Below are positions 62,001-64,000 of a DNA stretch of 64,000 nt, in pieces. The position numbers and the translations under genes were made by a program. The number at the start of each line of letters is the position of its first letter. The stretch's first letter is position 1. Origin of the DNA: an uncultured bacterium (GTDB lineage: Bacteria > Patescibacteriota > JACMRA01); NCBI GenBank assembly GCA_963784355.1, contig CAWAQU010000003.1, forward strand, positions 115,548 through 179,547. The letters run 5' to 3'. The notes under the pieces are model-generated. The model was not told the DNA's origin, searched no databases, and was given only the letters and a program-made list of their open reading frames with translations.

Positions 62001-62853
62001 TATCTTTGACTGGATTTATAGTAGCTCCATTGAGTTCAAAATTAAAACTAGAAGCAGCACTCGCATTTTTCAAAACAATGTTTTCTTTAATTTCTTTTCC
62101 ATGTACTTCATATTCCAAATTTACCCCCGGCCATACATCTGGATAAGTAACTAGCTGCTTGCCACCTTCTTCCGTAACTATAGGCTCAGGTTTGTTTAAA
62201 ACGTTAGGGACTAGCTTTGTTGTGTTTTTTCCATCAAAAATACTAATACCGGTTCTACCCAAACTATCAAACTGCACTTTCCAACTATTAGCCTTATTTT
62301 GCCAAATATTAGAATTAGATAGCTTCTCTAGAGTATTATCAACTTCTTTCCAGACATTTCCTTCTTGATAGTGAATTACGTCTGCAGTACTTTTTTCTAA
62401 AGTTTTAGAGCCGTCATCATTGATAAAAGTTTTTGTATCGGCCGTTCTTTTCTCTTCCAATTCTTTGAGTTTTTTGGGAGTTTTGTAAGTCGCTTTATCG
62501 TATTTTTTTGCAGCTTTTGAGTCACCTAAAGATTCGAGAGTAGTCTGAGCTGATTTATCTAGTAAATTGTCAGCTTTCTTTCCTATGGCCGATTTGCTGG
62601 TTTTTAAGGCTGTATCTGCTGACGGCTCGTATTTTAAAGCTGCATCCTGAGTCAACGGTTGCAATTCTGTTTTAGTAATTTGCTTGGCTGTTTCAGGATT
62701 TTCCGTCTGAGCCTGGGTAACTACGTTTACTTGGCCGACCAAACTTGTGGTAGTTATGGTGATACACAAAGCTAAAGTGAAAATTAGTTTTATGCTTAGA
62801 CTTGGTAGGTTTTTTCTAATACGTGAAATACTTTGAAGAGGTTGAAAGGTCAT
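56005..62853 (-). CDS. Secreted PA14-domain RHS-repeat polymorphic toxin
   Basis: Signal peptide, three PA14 domains (ADDSVK, SDDGSRV, SDDGVRL), YD repeats, RHS core [18 protein letters not shown]...[10 protein letters not shown], 160-aa C-terminal extension. Confidence 0.9.
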   Translation of the reverse strand: MTFQPLQSISRIRKNLPSLSIKLIFTLALCITITTTSLVGQVNVVTQAQTENPETAKQITKTELQPLTQDAALKYEPSADTALKTSKSAIGKKADNLLDKSAQTTLESLGDSKAAKKYDKATYKTPKKLKELEEKRTADTKTFINDDGSKTLEKSTADVIHYQEGNVWKEVDNTLEKLSNSNIWQNKANSWKVQFDSLGRTGISIFDGKNTTKLVPNVLNKPEPIVTEEGGKQLVTYPDVWPGVNLEYEVHGKEIKENIVLKNASAASSFNFELNGATINPVKDKKGWFELKGVLGDTFVIPAPTVATLKEGVIVGDPIVTQTGTNTSSSSAKLTVTLDREWLKKQPKDVFPITIDPSFTNGIGNDYINYKSDGFVCNAGQGCGNSTGNASNKFWRFMYKAPYDQLAGKTLQNASLYLRMPSPQSGKYWGTYDNRFVVARWARCFGYDCGEGQETASIIGSEGNIDVTEIYRSLVSRGDFGGWLHVRGEESWDYGSYKLFDPYSTKISFTYDTPTPMTTPISPENQSTLVNTQPSFKVNSVSDPDGDRVRYFFRVTTQPDGDTGAIVNSGWTYSPQWTVPDNVLQDGMTYYWKVYTLGADNGAGVTSPNWVRSFKVDMRTGKDTTQNFDTIGPISVDLATGNMTTGLGSHSSSALGGSLGVSMDYNSPAKSRQGLVGEYWNDYARNQQISGNPQLTRVDSNIDFDWGLGSPSGSTITDDYFLSRWTGYFVAPETGNYEFGGTADDSVKIWVNNQLVLDRPCCVTNAFGTGVSLSKGQVVPIKMEVYEYGGLAYAKLVVRGAVPEQVVKPEWLQTGIRPADQDRGLIGRYYDDPGDHNFPSDTNTAFIVRKDAQVSFNWGNGTPVPNGPADKFMVKWLGYFIPPTTGSYSFGTMSDDGSRVKIGDTVVYEKWRDSGGEVGFGNGINLTQGQIVPITVDFYENGGGAAIELKVRGAVAEQIIPADWLTPKAKVLPDGWNLGIDADGDLDYDRINISSSSAILTDSAGGTYEYKWNGSAYTPPVNEDGNLIKNSDGTYTFHNADGRTYIFGQNGNLISSITPFDDRKPAALKYEYSSSPTKLTKIIDGVNSDRFATLHYSGDTTCGTAPSGFDAFAPAGMLCGVKTYEGRITYLYYKNGRLARMVEPGNEVTDLGYDTLGRIVQIRDPIAADVVNNSIRAQDDSVTTQISYDALGRVVSAILPAPVANAARPTYTYNYLPNATEGKVLNQSEPSGFSKRVEYDAIYRTTKVTDIANLSLNTEWHPIKDLVYSTTDATGQKSTILYDVDDRPIHSYGPAPQTWYNSDRTPQATYINKVAHSETKYDENIKGLAATYFDDKKLIGNPKLHTTGIGESEGAVYKTWNTATPITPGTNGWGVRLTGEIKLAEVGDHRFYMFSDDGVRLYINDVLLVDDWNNGGQRWRPEKIFNNPTPNSVYRIRIDYYDAGGGDARLEMHKGAPGGSNTATLGNILSPRYGLATSSTAYDAELGNITAKTSYINPEAGLVKDNVLDQTGLNYTSGATYEAPGTGYLRQLTKIMPGGNTTQYAHWGPTDTADNPCTTTVVEAFRQAGRQKSKTEPDPDGAGPLVGRTTESIYDEEGKVVATRYNTDPWTCTNYDDRGRVSQTAIPTIGSQPGRTITNNYAVGGNPLITSTTDDKGTITVENDLLGRTIKYTDALSKVTANNYDNLGKLISRNGPLGLEEFVYNPIGQLTEQKLDGVALAKPIYDQFGRISSVNYSNAGTFKLGSIQRDDVGRNTGLTWNLNDNSAITDSLVRSQSGQILSKTLNNEQSTYSYDKAGRLIQANLPNRSYSYSFDAPTNCTNAATNQNSHKNSNRSKLTQVVNGVTTTTTYCYDNADRLLSSSDTKLTDPQYDTHGNTTRIGTNPYTYLTYDSSDRNISIKEGNKTVTYDRDVQNRIIKRNLAETTTTTTNKLAYYSFTSSGDTPDLLLDSNKNVVEKYLTLPGGVLLTIRPLEGTTTTSSTGTTTFTPDPAKQKTYSIPDTHGDIVATANGFGNKTGDYRYDPFGNLILSSTTTTSVNNQSVPQGFQGPVNTNTLFGSTYSWVGQHQKTTEDTFTLKPVQMGARVYLPGLGRFLQVDPVEGGVENNYVYPPDPVNDFDLTGMWSVNTWNAIGWGGAAVVGAVAAGVACVASIICGIAVGAVAGGAWALGTYAVSTRDAETKRVFNTRDAVMHTAIGAGAGAVGGAASPIIGKGLAKITKYRNPGGGDTRWKFEIGRIIKVAKHSPHSRGPHNFPHYQIFRGKRLPNGRVNWETILRIRTRR

Positions 62854-62985
62854 AATATTTGAGACTTATAGCAAATTGATAATTAAATTAATAAATTGTG
62901 TACCGTTTCAGAGATTAAAATCAACAGGTAGCAATAAAATTTACTCTTGTCAACCCAAAAACGCCGTATTTAAGCCACAAAATGC

Positions 62986-62998
62986 CTACTATAAGTAG
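62986..62998. promoter_or_regulatory. Palindromic operator upstream of RHS promoter
   Basis: CTACT-ata-AGTAG, about 32 bp upstream of minus-strand TTGACA at 62948-62953. Confidence 0.45.
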
Positions 62999-63085
62999 CA
63001 ATTATTTTATACAAAGAGAATTTAAGCCATTAGTTTAGCCGCTAATCTCGAGTTGGGAATTTTAAACAAAACTCAACTAAAAAAC

Positions 63086-63655
63086 CTAAAATATACTGTC
63101 CGGATGTGCCCCAAACTCAATTTTTTTACCTACAGGTTGAGTCAAAATAAATTCTTTAGTATCCAAAGCATCTTTAAACTTGATCTTTTCGCCTCTCATA
63201 ACCATTCTAAACAGTTCTTCAGTCAAACGCACGTCATTTAGACAATAATCAATTAATTCAGCCCATTTACCTTCTTTATGATAAGTACTAAAGTTTTCAA
63301 AGCTATCCGTTTTCTGATCGCCTAAATTGGATTTACAAAGATCATTAAGTCTGGATTTAAAACCGGCTTTTTTCTCAAATTCCAGCATTATATCGTAGTT
63401 GGTAAGCTCCAAAAGATTATAATTTGCATATTTCTGAAGTACAGGTAAATCAAACCAAATATGGTTGAAACCCACCACCAAATCAGCTTGTTTCAAACTT
63501 TCCAAAAAGTCTTTTACATCCTTCTCTAAAAAAGCAATATATTTATCAAGCCAGCTATAATAAGCTCCAATTACCGTGACTCTAAATTCATTTGTATCAA
63601 TTCTTCCGGAATTACTTGGACTGTAAGTTTCTATATCGAAGGTAATATAGTTCAT
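63086..63655 (-). CDS. RNase H-like DEDD 3'-5' exonuclease (YprB/RNase_H_2 family)
   Basis: FDIET, VGFNHIWFDLPVL, YCLNDV. Confidence 0.85.
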   Translation of the reverse strand: MNYITFDIETYSPSNSGRIDTNEFRVTVIGAYYSWLDKYIAFLEKDVKDFLESLKQADLVVGFNHIWFDLPVLQKYANYNLLELTNYDIMLEFEKKAGFKSRLNDLCKSNLGDQKTDSFENFSTYHKEGKWAELIDYCLNDVRLTEELFRMVMRGEKIKFKDALDTKEFILTQPVGKKIEFGAHPDSIF

Positions 63656-64000
63656 AAAATGATGAAAGCTGGCTTTTTTTCTAGATGTCAAGAATAAGAA
63701 TAGGTATAAAAGGATCGAGCTCCTGAACACTGAATTTACAAACGATAAAACAATTGTTTGAGTTATGTCTTACTTGGATTCAATATTATAATGTAAATTA
63801 CGAGTTTTGTTTTGAAGAGAGAAAATTTGCAGTGTTGAGTGATTCTAGTACAAGGACTGTGTGTTGACTAATTTCAAATCTCAAGGCAAAAATAAGGTGA
63901 TGCTAAAGTCCATTTTTAATTACAAAAATTATTTAGTTCTTTTTTGCTGTTTATTAATAGAAGCACAATAAAATAGTGAGTTAAGTAGACTACATAAAAC

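Noticed and set aside
44500-63000. Prophage or integrative element
   Set aside because: No integrase, transposase, phage structural gene or flanking att repeat recognised
1358-63241. Numerous short ORFs antisense to or nested in long genes (e.g. 1358-1555, 4427-4645, 14847-15155, 56135-56533)
   Set aside because: Shadow ORFs of well-supported genes, with no motifs of their own
1-64000. Stop-codon reassignment (code 25, or TAG/TAA recoding) to explain in-frame stops
   Set aside because: TAA and TAG end conserved genes at their expected positions, TGA ends several intact ORFs, Trp is TGG, and long core genes have no internal stops
63731-64000. Possible gene or RNA at the right edge
   Set aside because: No ORF of 60 codons or more and no recognisable RNA motif; truncated by the window

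Overview
AT-rich bacterial chromosomal segment using genetic code 11 (TGA acts as stop). Gene content and style suggest a Patescibacteria/CPR organism (inference): divergent core genes, scattered ribosomal operons, two-domain ThyX, ComEC, and few Shine-Dalgarno motifs. Core genes present are lepA (N-terminal part only), valS (catalytic part only, carrying inserted HAM1 and ASCH domains), pheT, secY, fmt, rplK/rplA, infA-rpmJ-rpsM-rpsK-rpsD-rpsP-khpA, thyX-dcd, rpmB and a stand-alone rpoC. From about 44.5 kb there is an accessory region: a YoeB-type TA pair, Fic, an XRE regulator, an HTH-EgtD-like methyltransferase, a DUF262+HEPN pair, and a PA14-RHS polymorphic toxin with a decaying immunity array. 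The most notable items missing from the ORF track are two parallel 18-codon leader-peptide attenuators (MLN..LL, with 1:2/2:3/3:4 pairing) in front of two adjacent amidohydrolase genes. Also notable are the C-terminally truncated ValRS and LepA, several single-lesion pseudogenes confined to accessory genes, and candidate operator arrays. No tRNA, rRNA, CRISPR array or transposase was recognised.
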